64,000 nucleotides of DNA from an uncultured Desulfocapsa sp. (GCA_964621915.1 CAZUPS010000009.1:14200-78199); one strand, 5' to 3'; positions 54,290 to 63,873 are shown, counted from the stretch's first letter. The notes: generated from the letters alone by a model not told the origin. Numbers and translations are program-made.

Positions 54290-54655
54290 TCATTTTATTT
54301 TCTTTTCCGCAGTACGAATACTTGCTACAAAAATTTTGATGAGTTCTTCTGTTTCTTGTAGCAATGGTTCCATTCGGTCAGATGGATTAATCAATGGAAC
54401 ACGATGCACAAGCTTTATCCATCGCTTGCTTTCTCGAAGTTCTTTGAGACAAATACTCATTTTATGAATAAAATCCTTTGATGATTCAGCAGCCTGAGCT
54501 TCACCATGATTTGCATAGGGAGAAGTACCGGATCGTAAAAGTTGTCCTCCAATATGTCCCCCTGTCTTTGTATGTGGCAACTGCTCAACCAACTTGATAA
54601 TTCTCACCGAGTACTCAAGCAGTCGTTCTTCCAAATCAAAATTCTGACTCCCCAT
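54290..54655 (-). CDS. Four-helix-bundle protein (23S rRNA intervening-sequence protein / Avd-like family)
   Basis: 121-aa ORF with family hallmarks: FDLEERLLEYSVRIIKLVEQLP, GGQLLRSGTSPYANHGEAQAAES, DFIHKMSICLKELRESKRWI. Confidence 0.85.
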   Translation of the reverse strand: MGSQNFDLEERLLEYSVRIIKLVEQLPHTKTGGHIGGQLLRSGTSPYANHGEAQAAESSKDFIHKMSICLKELRESKRWIKLVHRVPLINPSDRMEPLLQETEELIKIFVASIRTAEKKIK

Positions 54656-54669
54656 AGATCTCTCTTTTA

Positions 54670-54727
54670 GTTCAATGTTGAATGTCGGAGTCTCACACGT
54701 TCGCTTACCTGGACGTTGAACGTTGGA
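54670..54727. repeat. Right arm of the inverted repeat flanking the four-helix-bundle gene
   Basis: GTTCAATGTTGA (54670-54681) is the reverse complement of TCAACATTGAAC. ACGTTGAACGTTGGA (54713-54727) is the reverse complement of TCCAACGTTCAACGT. A 31-nt spacer separates the two blocks, and the outer block lies inside the last codons of batA. Confidence 0.7.
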
Positions 54728-55697
54728 CGTTCATCTTTTTTTCCGCCCGAAACGCATGCATCAACAAACTCAAAGCAATAGCAAGCCCCAGTGGCCAGTG
54801 ATACATATCGATCCGGGGTCTGTAACTCGTTGTTTCAATATCATGAGTGCTTAAGGAATCAATTTTTTCATATATTTTTTCAAGTTCTGCGCGATCTTCA
54901 GCTCTAAAAAAATAACCTCCCGTGGTGCTGGCTACACTTTTCAGCGTTTTTTCATCCAGCTTTTCTTCACCCACGGCTTCGGGGTCACCCACTGCAACAC
55001 TGTAGATTACAATATCATTGTCGCTGGCAATCTGTGCCGCCTTCACTGGTTCCACTTTGGAGCTTGTATCATTGCCGTCGGTGAGAACAATAAGGAGTTT
55101 GTCTTTGACCGTACTCTCCTTGAACATATTGATAGCAAGCCCTATGGTATCGCCAAATGCAGTTTTGGGGCCGGCCATTCCGACCTGTGCCTCTGCCAGC
55201 AACTCACGACAAAGTTCCAGGTCATCGGTAAAGGGTGCCTGGATAAAAGGCGCTGTACCAAAAAAGATCAGCCCCACCCTGTCACCTTTTCGTCGCTCCA
55301 GAAAACTATCCAGCACTTCTTTGACAGCAGCCAGACGACTGATCTTTTTTCCTTCTTTTGAAGTGAAATCCTCGGTTGCCATGGAACCGGACAGATCTAC
55401 TCCCAACAAAAGATCACGCGTTGGAATTTCTTTGACTATCGGCAATTCAATCCACTGCGGCCTGGCAAGAGCGGCCACCAGCAAAACCCAACAGAAAGCA
55501 GTTATGATTTGCCGCATCAATGGCTGTATACGAACAATGGATCCACTACCCGGAACCTGGCAGGAAAGTTTCACCAGTTCGTCAAAAAAAGGTGTTCGAA
55601 CTGCCTGTCTTTCATTTTGGTATGGCCTGAAAAACCTACGCAAGACAAAGGGGAGAGGCAGGAGGAGAAAAACCCATATGTAGCTGAAGGAAAACAT
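54705..55697 (-). CDS. batA: BatA-like VWA-domain membrane protein
   Basis: 330-aa ORF with N-terminal TM helices, a VWA domain with the MIDAS motif VDLSGSM and the LTDGNDT motif, and a C-terminal TM. Confidence 0.85.
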   Translation of the reverse strand: MFSFSYIWVFLLLPLPFVLRRFFRPYQNERQAVRTPFFDELVKLSCQVPGSGSIVRIQPLMRQIITAFCWVLLVAALARPQWIELPIVKEIPTRDLLLGVDLSGSMATEDFTSKEGKKISRLAAVKEVLDSFLERRKGDRVGLIFFGTAPFIQAPFTDDLELCRELLAEAQVGMAGPKTAFGDTIGLAINMFKESTVKDKLLIVLTDGNDTSSKVEPVKAAQIASDNDIVIYSVAVGDPEAVGEEKLDEKTLKSVASTTGGYFFRAEDRAELEKIYEKIDSLSTHDIETTSYRPRIDMYHWPLGLAIALSLLMHAFRAEKKMNVQRSTSR

Positions 55698-55702
55698 TAG
55701 TG

Positions 55703-56125
55703 TTAGTTGTTTTTCCTCATAAAAATCACTTTATAGGTTCTGTCCATGGTAGCTTGATAGTAAAAGCCGGCCAAGGCATCTTTCTCTGCATAGTAGTAAA
55801 GGGTATAGGTTGAGCCTTCGTAATTGGTATCCTGCAATTGAATAAAGAGTTTCATCAAACCCTTTTCGGTTGAAATTGCAGACTGTTTCACATGGATGGG
55901 TTTGGGGTTGAAATATCCCACCACTGCCTTTCCATCTGTTTGAATATCACTCACCTTAACAAGATAATTGCCGTCTGTTCGTAGCCACTCACCGCCAAGT
56001 ACGGTGTAATCCTGTTGTACAACAGGTGTTGCTGTTTTTTCAGCTGCAAAGAGTGACTGAGAAGTGCTTAACAGGCCTCCTGCCAGTAATAGAGACATAC
56101 AGATGATTTTTAGATAATTTTTCAT
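55703..56125 (-). CDS. Secreted protein of unknown function inside the moxR-bat operon
   Basis: 140-aa ORF with a signal peptide (LLSTSQSLFA) and a beta-rich mature domain. Its start overlaps the upstream gene stop by 4 bp. Confidence 0.6.
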   Translation of the reverse strand: MKNYLKIICMSLLLAGGLLSTSQSLFAAEKTATPVVQQDYTVLGGEWLRTDGNYLVKVSDIQTDGKAVVGYFNPKPIHVKQSAISTEKGLMKLFIQLQDTNYEGSTYTLYYYAEKDALAGFYYQATMDRTYKVIFMRKNN

Positions 56126-56640
56126 ATTCTATCCATGGGAAGGGGGTGATGTTTATGAATCCAATAAGATACTGCCTTTTGCAATCCCGCTACCTGCTCG
56201 TTGCTAAACGTTGCCAACTGAGAAGGCGGTTGAAAGGAGCAATCCTGTAACAGTCGTCCATTTTCTTTCGTAAAGAGATGGGTGGATCCGGTTTTATCAA
56301 GAAAACCAAGCCAGTCATCGCCAGTTAAAGAAGCGACCTCACTCCTTCCGTAGGCTGCTATGGCCGTACGTTTAACAAGCTCTGGTAACTGAGGCAGTAC
56401 ATGTTGATATCTGTCACTCTCTACCAGTTGTTTTTGTATTGCAGCCAGTTCAATCAGTGCCTCACGTCGATATCTGTTTCGCTTCCACAGCAGATATTTT
56501 TGTACAAAAAACCAGCTGCCAAGCAGGAAGATACTAAAAGCTACCGCATACCAACCGGGAGCCGGTGGCAACCAGGCCACAGGTTGGGGAAAGATAATAT
56601 CATGGAGGTTTTGCAGACTGGTGGGATCGGACGTATTCAT
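56122..56640 (-). CDS. DUF4381-domain membrane protein
   Basis: 172-aa ORF with LHDIIFPQPVAWLPPAPGWY followed by one TM and WKRNRYRREAL, the pattern of DUF4381 proteins found in MoxR/Bat operons. Confidence 0.78.
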   Translation of the reverse strand: MNTSDPTSLQNLHDIIFPQPVAWLPPAPGWYAVAFSIFLLGSWFFVQKYLLWKRNRYRREALIELAAIQKQLVESDRYQHVLPQLPELVKRTAIAAYGRSEVASLTGDDWLGFLDKTGSTHLFTKENGRLLQDCSFQPPSQLATFSNEQVAGLQKAVSYWIHKHHPLPMDRI

Positions 56641-57614
56641 CTGGAGCCTCTTACTGCCACTTTCGCTACACTCTGTTGCTTCCCTGGTCTATATCCCAGA
56701 GTTTTTCTCACCTGTAATGCAACGGACTCAGTGGTATGAATGGGCAGAATAGGAACGCCGAATTTATTCAGTGCATCATTGAGAGTTTTTAAGCGACCTT
56801 TCAGGAATTCAGGGAAACGCTTTTTCAATCGGCTTTCTCTGGAATCCAGTAAAACCTGTCTGCTGCCATCACTGATCACAAGACTGCTATTTGGCGGAAG
56901 CTCTTTAGCCAGAGGGTCGTAAATGGGAAGGAGCATAACGTCATTATGCCGAACCAGCTGTTTGACATGGTGCAGACTCTTCTCACTAAGGCCGGAGAAA
57001 TCACTAATAACACAGATCAGGTAGTCGTGACCTGCCAGGTGCACTGCTTTTTCCAGTGCCTGATCAAGGTTTTCCTTGTTGGCACGAATCTCTTTATCTA
57101 CGGATAAATCATTATTCTGTTCAACAATCCGCTGCAGGATCTGCATAACGGTCTTTTTGCTGCACCGCGGTTTTATTTCCCGTATTTCATGGTCGTTAAA
57201 AACAATGGCTCCGACCTTATCTCCTGCACCCACAACCCTCCAGGCAGCAAGGGCAGCAGCCTCGGCGGCTGTTACCGATTTCATATTTACCTGAGAGCCG
57301 AAAAACATGGAGATACGCTGGTCAACAACTAACAGCACCGGTCGTTCCCGCTCTTCAGTATATACGCGAACATATGGTTGCCTAGCACGTTTAGTTGCCT
57401 TCCAGTCCATGGTACGGATATCATCGCCGGGTTGATACTGACGCAGCTCTTCAAAATCCAGTCCCCTTCCACGTAACCTGGAAGCATGACGCCCCGAAAG
57501 CAGGCTATGCACCGGCTGTCTGGGCAGAAAGCTGAATCCCGTGGCCTGGTGCTGCAGGCGGATGAGATCCTGAAGGGAGATGTAAACTCCGGGGGCGGGT
57601 TTATCCTTAGACAT
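56637..57614 (-). CDS. DUF58-domain protein (VWA-like partner of MoxR)
   Basis: 325-aa ORF with the DUF58 signature GRGLDFEELRQYQPGDDIRTMDWKATKR. Confidence 0.87.
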   Translation of the reverse strand: MSKDKPAPGVYISLQDLIRLQHQATGFSFLPRQPVHSLLSGRHASRLRGRGLDFEELRQYQPGDDIRTMDWKATKRARQPYVRVYTEERERPVLLVVDQRISMFFGSQVNMKSVTAAEAAALAAWRVVGAGDKVGAIVFNDHEIREIKPRCSKKTVMQILQRIVEQNNDLSVDKEIRANKENLDQALEKAVHLAGHDYLICVISDFSGLSEKSLHHVKQLVRHNDVMLLPIYDPLAKELPPNSSLVISDGSRQVLLDSRESRLKKRFPEFLKGRLKTLNDALNKFGVPILPIHTTESVALQVRKTLGYRPGKQQSVAKVAVRGSR

Positions 57615-57619
57615 TCTGC

Positions 57620-58585
57620 TTATGCCACTGCTACTAATTTAATAATTGCATCAATCACCCGATCCACACTCATTCCCTCGGCGTTAGCCTCATAACTGAG
57701 AATCAATCTGTGACGCAGACACTCATGAACAACACTACGCACATCATCGGGGGTGACATGATCTCTGCCCTTAAGCCAGGCGTGAGCCCGTGAACATTTA
57801 TCCAGTGCAAGACTGCCACGTGGACTTGCTCCGACCTCAATCCATGTGGCGAGCTTCTCATCATATTTTTCCGGATAGCGGGTCGCACTAATCAGGCTAA
57901 CAATATAACGTTCGATACTTTCCGAAGAGTGTATTTTGACAATTTCCTTGCGGGCAGCAAAGACCACATCCTGAGAAATACTCTCCTGTTCTTCCTGCTT
58001 TTCTCCCGAGAGTTCTCCTCGCACCAAGCGGATGATTTCAAGTTCCTCTTCATCCGTTGAATAATCCACCCGCACATGCATAAGAAATCTATCCATCTGT
58101 GCTTCCGGCAGAGGGTAGGTTCCCTCCTGTTCAATTGGGTTCTGAGTGGCAAGAACCATAAACAACGGTTCCATTTTATGAGTTTTACCAGCAACCGTTA
58201 CCTGACGTTCTTCCATGGCCTCAAGCAGCGCTGCCTGAACTTTCGCCGGAGCACGGTTGATTTCATCGGCAAGAATAAGATTGCTGAAGATGGGACCTGG
58301 TTGAAATTCCAACATATCCTTGCCGCCGGAACTGTGATACATCTCTGTTCCGGTAATATCTGAAGGAAGAAGATCCGGGGTAAACTGTATACGAGACAAG
58401 CCCGTCGCCAGATTTTTGGCCATGCTCTTTACTGCCCGGGTTTTGGCAAGGCCGGGAAGTCCTTCAAGGAGCAGATTGCCATTGGCAAGAAGCCCAAGTA
58501 CCAGACTGTCAATTACCGGCTTTTGCCCAATAATTGAGCGCCCCATGCGGGATTGAAGTTCCTGAATTGAATGAAGTACTGTCAC
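57620..58585 (-). CDS. moxR: MoxR-family AAA+ ATPase
   Basis: It has Walker A LLEGLPGLAKT, Walker B ILADEINRAPAKVQAALLEAMEERQVTV, and a lid domain. The start is uncertain: I chose the GTG at 58585 (AGGA upstream), while the ORF is open to the ATG at 58663. Confidence 0.88.
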   Translation of the reverse strand: MTVLHSIQELQSRMGRSIIGQKPVIDSLVLGLLANGNLLLEGLPGLAKTRAVKSMAKNLATGLSRIQFTPDLLPSDITGTEMYHSSGGKDMLEFQPGPIFSNLILADEINRAPAKVQAALLEAMEERQVTVAGKTHKMEPLFMVLATQNPIEQEGTYPLPEAQMDRFLMHVRVDYSTDEEELEIIRLVRGELSGEKQEEQESISQDVVFAARKEIVKIHSSESIERYIVSLISATRYPEKYDEKLATWIEVGASPRGSLALDKCSRAHAWLKGRDHVTPDDVRSVVHECLRHRLILSYEANAEGMSVDRVIDAIIKLVAVA

Positions 58586-58693
58586 TGTTTTTTCCTGGTT
58601 AAAAAATAAAATGCCACACCCGGTTATAGCAGTTGCTCGGGTATGGCAGTTTGTTGAACACATTTCAGGGAAAAAGACTCCCCTTTATTCTAA

Positions 58694-60247
58694 TTAATGC
58701 GCTCCCGGATCAGATACCTTCTCCATCACCTTTTTCAGATTGAAGCTTGCAGCTTTCTGACGTGGTGGAAACTCTTGAAAGGTTGCCATAAATTCTCCGA
58801 CATACTTCTGAGCTGGCAGCAGCAGATACACTCGATCAAGCACCCAGTCATAATAGGTATTGGAGGTGAGTTGAGCACGTTCATAGGGATCACGACGCAA
58901 ATTAAATATCAGAGGAATCCGCAGCTCGGTGAAAGGATTCGCCCACAGCAACAGGGTGCCAGTGGCGCGTTGCTCCATAAAGACCAGCTTCCAGTCATCA
59001 TAGCGTAATGCAGTTAAATCACCGTCATCTGAGAAATAGAAAATCTCGTGGCGAGGTCCTTTTTCCTCCTGCCCGGTGAGATAGGGAAGAAAGTTGTAAC
59101 CGTCGAGGTGCACTTTATAGCTTCTGTCAATTGCAGAAACGCCACCTGCCTTGAGTTTTGCCTTAATGTCCGGTTCACCAGCTGCAGCAAGGAAAGTGGG
59201 CAACCAGTCCATATGATGCATGATCTCATTGGACCAGGAACCAGCTTTAATTTTTCCGGGCCAGCGGACCATAGCGGGTACACGCCATCCGCCTTCCCAG
59301 TTGGTGTTCTTTTCACTGCGGAAGGGAGTCATAGCTGCATCAGGCCAGCTGTTCATATGGGGACCGTTATCTGTGGAATAAAAAACAATGGTGTTATCGG
59401 CAATACCGAGATCATCAAGTGCTTTCAGGAATCTCCCAATGTGCATATCATGTTCTACCATACCGTCGGAATACTCATCCTGGCCTGAAATACCACGCAG
59501 CTCTTCTTTTACATGGGTGCGAAAATGCATGCGGGTTCCACTCCACCAACAGAAGAAGGGTTTTCCTGCCTTGACTTGGCGCTCAATAAAATCGATGGCC
59601 GCGTCAGCGGTCTCATCATCCACTGTTTCCATGCGTTTTTTTGTAAGTGGTCCAGTGTCTTCAATCTTCCCATCAGCAAAGGATTTTATCACACCACGCG
59701 GACCAAACTTTTTGCGGAACTCAGGATCCTTGGGGTAATCCTCATTTTCCGGCTCCTCTTCAGCGTTAAGGTGGTAGAGATTACCGAAAAACTCATCAAA
59801 ACCGTGATTGGTAGGAAGCATTTCATCCTTATCGCCCAGATGGTTTTTACCAAACTGACCGGTGGCATACCCTTGTGCCTTGAGCAGACCTGCAATGGTG
59901 GGATCTTCCACCTGCATCCCCTCTTCGGCTCCGGGGAATCCTACCTTGGAAAGACCTGTTCGGAAAACAGACTGCCCCATAATAAACGTCGAGCGACCGG
60001 CGGTACAGGACTGTTCAGCATAATAATCGGTGAATGTCATACCTTCATCCGAAACACGATCAATATTCGGGGTTTTGTAGCCCATCACTCCGTTGGTGTA
60101 GGCACTGATATTGGACTGACCAATATCGTCACCCCAGATAACCAGGATGTTTGGTTTTTCGCCTGTAGCTGCGTATAAAGATCCTGCAGTGAATGTAATC
60201 ACTGCGGATACCGCCAGCCCGGCGAAAATTTTTTGCGTCAACTTCAT
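58694..60247 (-). CDS. Secreted arylsulfatase (formylglycine-dependent sulfatase family)
   Basis: 517-aa ORF with a signal peptide, PNILVIWGDDIG, the active-site motif SCTAGRSTFIMGQ (C-x-A-x-R variant) and GKNHLGD. Confidence 0.88.
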   Translation of the reverse strand: MKLTQKIFAGLAVSAVITFTAGSLYAATGEKPNILVIWGDDIGQSNISAYTNGVMGYKTPNIDRVSDEGMTFTDYYAEQSCTAGRSTFIMGQSVFRTGLSKVGFPGAEEGMQVEDPTIAGLLKAQGYATGQFGKNHLGDKDEMLPTNHGFDEFFGNLYHLNAEEEPENEDYPKDPEFRKKFGPRGVIKSFADGKIEDTGPLTKKRMETVDDETADAAIDFIERQVKAGKPFFCWWSGTRMHFRTHVKEELRGISGQDEYSDGMVEHDMHIGRFLKALDDLGIADNTIVFYSTDNGPHMNSWPDAAMTPFRSEKNTNWEGGWRVPAMVRWPGKIKAGSWSNEIMHHMDWLPTFLAAAGEPDIKAKLKAGGVSAIDRSYKVHLDGYNFLPYLTGQEEKGPRHEIFYFSDDGDLTALRYDDWKLVFMEQRATGTLLLWANPFTELRIPLIFNLRRDPYERAQLTSNTYYDWVLDRVYLLLPAQKYVGEFMATFQEFPPRQKAASFNLKKVMEKVSDPGAH

Positions 60248-60359
60248 TGAAACCTCCAGTTTTAATTTACAAGTGAGAATTACTCCTATTTCTGTATCAT
60301 ATTCACTTTCCCCAAATTTGTCTAATGCATTTATTTCATGGTTATGATACCTTTTTGTT

Positions 60360-61286
60360 ATGGATATTACATTTCGCCACCTTCAGCAGATCCAAACCCT
60401 TGCCAAACGTGGAAACTTTGCCAAAGCTGCCCTGGATCTCAATATTTCACAGCCTGCCTTGAGTCGCGCCCTTGCATCCCTTGAACAACAACTCGGGATG
60501 AAGCTCTTTGATCGATCAAAACGAGAGGTTGTAGCCACGGTATTCGGTGAGCATCTCCTGCAGAGGGGAAAACCGGTTTTGCAGGAAATGCAGTTACTGG
60601 AACGGGATCTACATCTACTGCAAGGCATGGAATCCGGTGAGTTGGTCATTGGCAGTGGTCCTTTTCCAGCCGAAATATTCCTTGGCAGGGCAGTGGCCCG
60701 CTTCAGTAAATCGCACCCAAAAGTAAATGTCCGAATTATCCTTGATCGAACACCAAACCTTCTCTCCAGGCTGCACAAACGTGAGCTTGATATTTTTGTG
60801 GCCGATACCAGAATAATCAATGACACATCGGATCTGGATATTACCCCTTTACCTCAACAGCAGGCTTATTTCTGTTGTCGTCACAACCATCCTTTGACCC
60901 AACAAAAGCAACTGGAAATGAAGGATATTTTTTCTTACCCGTTGGCAGTAATGTGGTTTCCTAAAGTTATATTGAACACATTGGCCAGACTAGCTGGCTT
61001 GCAGGTCAATGACATGGAAGATTTACCCTGTGCTGTTCTTCAGTGTGATTACCTGAAAGTACTCTTTGATATTATCGGAGACAGTGATGCCACCGGTTTA
61101 ATCACCCGCTCTCTTCTAAACGATACGTTACAACAACAGATTGCCCTGATACCGATCACCATACCTGAACTTACTACTCATTATGGCATGGTCACTCTTT
61201 CCCGATATTCCCAACCTCCAGTGGTCCAGATATTTCATGATTATATGGTTGAAGCAGAGAAAGAATGCAGTAGGGAAATTGAGTGA
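60360..61286 (+). CDS. LysR-family transcriptional regulator
   Basis: 308-aa ORF with an N-terminal wHTH (FAKAALDLNISQPALSRALASLEQQLGMKLFDR) and a LysR substrate-binding fold. It is divergent from the sulfatase gene. Confidence 0.9.
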   Translation: MDITFRHLQQIQTLAKRGNFAKAALDLNISQPALSRALASLEQQLGMKLFDRSKREVVATVFGEHLLQRGKPVLQEMQLLERDLHLLQGMESGELVIGSGPFPAEIFLGRAVARFSKSHPKVNVRIILDRTPNLLSRLHKRELDIFVADTRIINDTSDLDITPLPQQQAYFCCRHNHPLTQQKQLEMKDIFSYPLAVMWFPKVILNTLARLAGLQVNDMEDLPCAVLQCDYLKVLFDIIGDSDATGLITRSLLNDTLQQQIALIPITIPELTTHYGMVTLSRYSQPPVVQIFHDYMVEAEKECSREIE

Positions 61287-61792
61287 AGCTGGTTGTAGAA
61301 AAAAACTGGAATGGAGAAATGGCAGAGAAATTTGAAAAAGCGTTGGTATCTTTTTCTATGCATGCCCGAGAGCTGAAGGTTCAGATAGATGCTCCCTTCC
61401 ATAATGATCCGGCCCCACCGGCCGCCATCGGAGAACTTGAAGAACTCTGGAACTATGAGGTAGTCGAGTTATTTCTGCTTGGAACAGCAGGACATTATCT
61501 GGAGATCGAACTTGGTCCCCACGGCCATTACCTTATCTATCATCTCAGTGGAATTCGGGAAGTATTCAGGAGTCTGTCTCCGAGCCACTGCAAAACCCAT
61601 ATTTCAGAATCTCGATGGCAGGCGACGCTCACCCTGAGTCTGGATCAAACCATCCTTCCCTTCAGCCATGTAAATGCCTATGCGATACATGGACAGGGAG
61701 AAGAACGACACTATCTTTCTGCCTTTCCGGTCCCTGGAGAAAAACCTGATTTTCATCAACCCAAACATTTTGGATCTATAGATACTTTGTGA
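61283..61792 (+). CDS. Protein of unknown function (possible CBM9/DOMON-like beta-sandwich)
   Basis: 169-aa ORF with a GTG start overlapping the LysR stop (GTGA). The segment LWNYEVVELFLLGTAGHYLEIELGPHG resembles the CBM9-like pattern. The family assignment is weak. Confidence 0.5.
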   Translation: MKLVVEKNWNGEMAEKFEKALVSFSMHARELKVQIDAPFHNDPAPPAAIGELEELWNYEVVELFLLGTAGHYLEIELGPHGHYLIYHLSGIREVFRSLSPSHCKTHISESRWQATLTLSLDQTILPFSHVNAYAIHGQGEERHYLSAFPVPGEKPDFHQPKHFGSIDTL

Positions 61793-61807
61793 ATATGGAT
61801 TTTAGGA

Positions 61808-62392
61808 CTAAAATCGTATAAAAAAACCGGCAGTGAAGGCACTGCCTCCCCACGCGAACTGCATTCCAACATGTTTGTACCTGATATCGCTGTATACTTG
61901 TAAGAGGGGAAATATGCCGGAATCACCAATCTGCATTTTTTCATACCCATACATAAGACCTAGCCGATACCCAAATTCCGCTGACAATACTCCCCAGGTG
62001 GTTCGATAAAAATCCCGCTGTACCCCTGCTCCCCAAGCCTGATCATCCCGGGAATTTGCAAAGGTACCCAGAAAATAACCTTTATACACAAGGCCTAGAA
62101 GATTGTGGGTTGTTTCATATTCGTCATCATCATCGACAAAATGATATGACCACATACCAAGATACAAGCTAGTCCCGGCTGGTTCTCCCCACACCGCAGC
62201 CCAGGGCCCTTCTTCCACATCGGTTGTATCTTCTGAGGAGGCAGAGGTGTTTTCGACAACTGGATTGACTGGTATTTCTTCGGAAAACGCGTTCCCTAGG
62301 GGGGATACAACCAACGACATTAACACAGTGAGGGATACCAACAGAGGCAAGGGCACACAAAAACTTTTGCTTTGAAAGTTGTAATTCAACAT
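61808..62392 (-). CDS. Small outer-membrane beta-barrel protein, PagP-like
   Basis: 194-aa ORF with a signal peptide and the terminal aromatic end FFIRF. The spacing of WSYHF ... NLLGLVYKG and PLLQVYSDIRY recalls PagP-type lipid A acyltransferase barrels, but the similarity is modest. Confidence 0.45.
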   Translation of the reverse strand: MLNYNFQSKSFCVPLPLLVSLTVLMSLVVSPLGNAFSEEIPVNPVVENTSASSEDTTDVEEGPWAAVWGEPAGTSLYLGMWSYHFVDDDDEYETTHNLLGLVYKGYFLGTFANSRDDQAWGAGVQRDFYRTTWGVLSAEFGYRLGLMYGYEKMQIGDSGIFPLLQVYSDIRYKHVGMQFAWGGSAFTAGFFIRF

Positions 62393-62655
62393 ATTCTTAT
62401 TCGTTTGTAAAAGGATCAGTCGGTGTCGGAAAGTTTACTATTATCAGCAGTGCACACTGAATGGAACGACAGATTAATTGGTATTTTTTCAGACACTTAC
62501 CCTGCATGTTTTCTCCAGTGAGATTGCATTTCTCATTTTCCCACATTCTGTGTCAAAATACAAGTTTTATGATATATTCCCCATACTCACGGACAGCTAA
62601 TGTCTATCTTTACCAGATAAATACGTTCAGAATATCATCGATGATTCTGCAGATA

Positions 62656-63873
62656 CTAGCCTAAATACTCAAGGCAAAGGAAGCTTATATCATCGATAGC
62701 AACACCATTGGGAGTGAAGGTTTCCAAGCCCCGATCAATAGCTGAAGAATAGTGGGAAAGAGGAGTGTCTTTCTGTTGTTTTACCAGGAGTTCTATTCTT
62801 TCCACGCCAAACATCTCTCCCTCCATATTTTCAAGTTCAACAATGCCATCGGTGTAAAAAAAGAGCCGATCTCCTCGGGCAAGCTGTCCAGTTTCTTCTT
62901 CCCGCTTTGGCGCAAATTCACCCAATCCTATTATCGGGCCACCGGCCTCCAGAGGAACGACATCTCCATTTTTTTTCCGCAGAAGAATCGGGGGATGCCC
63001 TGCACTGCTATAAGAGTATGAGCCATTGCGCAGATCAAGGGCCATATATGAGATGGTAAAGTAACGATCAAAACGTTCAATGGGGAAAAGCCTGTCAAGT
63101 CCATCGAGCACCTCCAGCGGTCTTTTTATCATGGAGCACTTTTCCTCTTCGAAAATAGAACAGACGACATTTCCACTCTGCGACATCGCCTGTGAAACCA
63201 GTGTTGCAATCATGGCAGCAGGCACTCCATGGCCACAAACATCGACTATATATATCCCGACAGAATGATCATCCAGAGCAAACACATTGAAGACATCTCC
63301 CCCTATACGTTCACAGGGACGAAAGATATATTCTGTGTGGAGGCGATCCGTGAACGGAATAAGCTCCGGCAGTAATGCCCGTTGGATTGCTGCTGCCGCC
63401 ATTAAATCCTGATCAATAACATTCTGCCTGTCTTGCAGCTCTTTATTGCTTTTCAATAAAGAGGCCGTTAAATTTTTAAGACCAAGCTGTGAACGTATTC
63501 TGGCGAGGACCTCCCCCCTATGAAAAGGTTTGGTTATATAATCCACAGCCCCCAAATCAAAACACTGAATTTTGGTTTCGGAGACATCAAGAGAAGAAAC
63601 CATGATAATAGGTACATTGCTGGTTTGTGGATCCTGCTGCAAGGATTTACAAACCGTGAAACCATCCATTTCCGGCATGATTATATCAAGAAGGATAAGA
63701 TCAAAGGAAGAGTCTCCGACCAGCGCCAGAGCTTCTTTACCGCCACTTGCAGTAACAACCTTATAGCCAGCTTTCTGTACAATTGATGCCAGAAGCTTTC
63801 TATTAACCGGGTTGTCGTCAACAACCAAAATCCTGTTTTCTGAAGAATCTATTGCTGCTGTCGCATCACTCAT
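62656..63873 (-). CDS. Response regulator with a PP2C/SpoIIE-type serine phosphatase output (RsbU-like)
   Basis: 405-aa ORF with REC (ILVVDDNPVNRK ... LILLDIIMPEMDG ... KP) followed by PP2C motifs (IGGDVFNVF, DVCGHGVPAAM, FFYTDGIVE). Confidence 0.88.
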   Translation of the reverse strand: MSDATAAIDSSENRILVVDDNPVNRKLLASIVQKAGYKVVTASGGKEALALVGDSSFDLILLDIIMPEMDGFTVCKSLQQDPQTSNVPIIMVSSLDVSETKIQCFDLGAVDYITKPFHRGEVLARIRSQLGLKNLTASLLKSNKELQDRQNVIDQDLMAAAAIQRALLPELIPFTDRLHTEYIFRPCERIGGDVFNVFALDDHSVGIYIVDVCGHGVPAAMIATLVSQAMSQSGNVVCSIFEEEKCSMIKRPLEVLDGLDRLFPIERFDRYFTISYMALDLRNGSYSYSSAGHPPILLRKKNGDVVPLEAGGPIIGLGEFAPKREEETGQLARGDRLFFYTDGIVELENMEGEMFGVERIELLVKQQKDTPLSHYSSAIDRGLETFTPNGVAIDDISFLCLEYLG

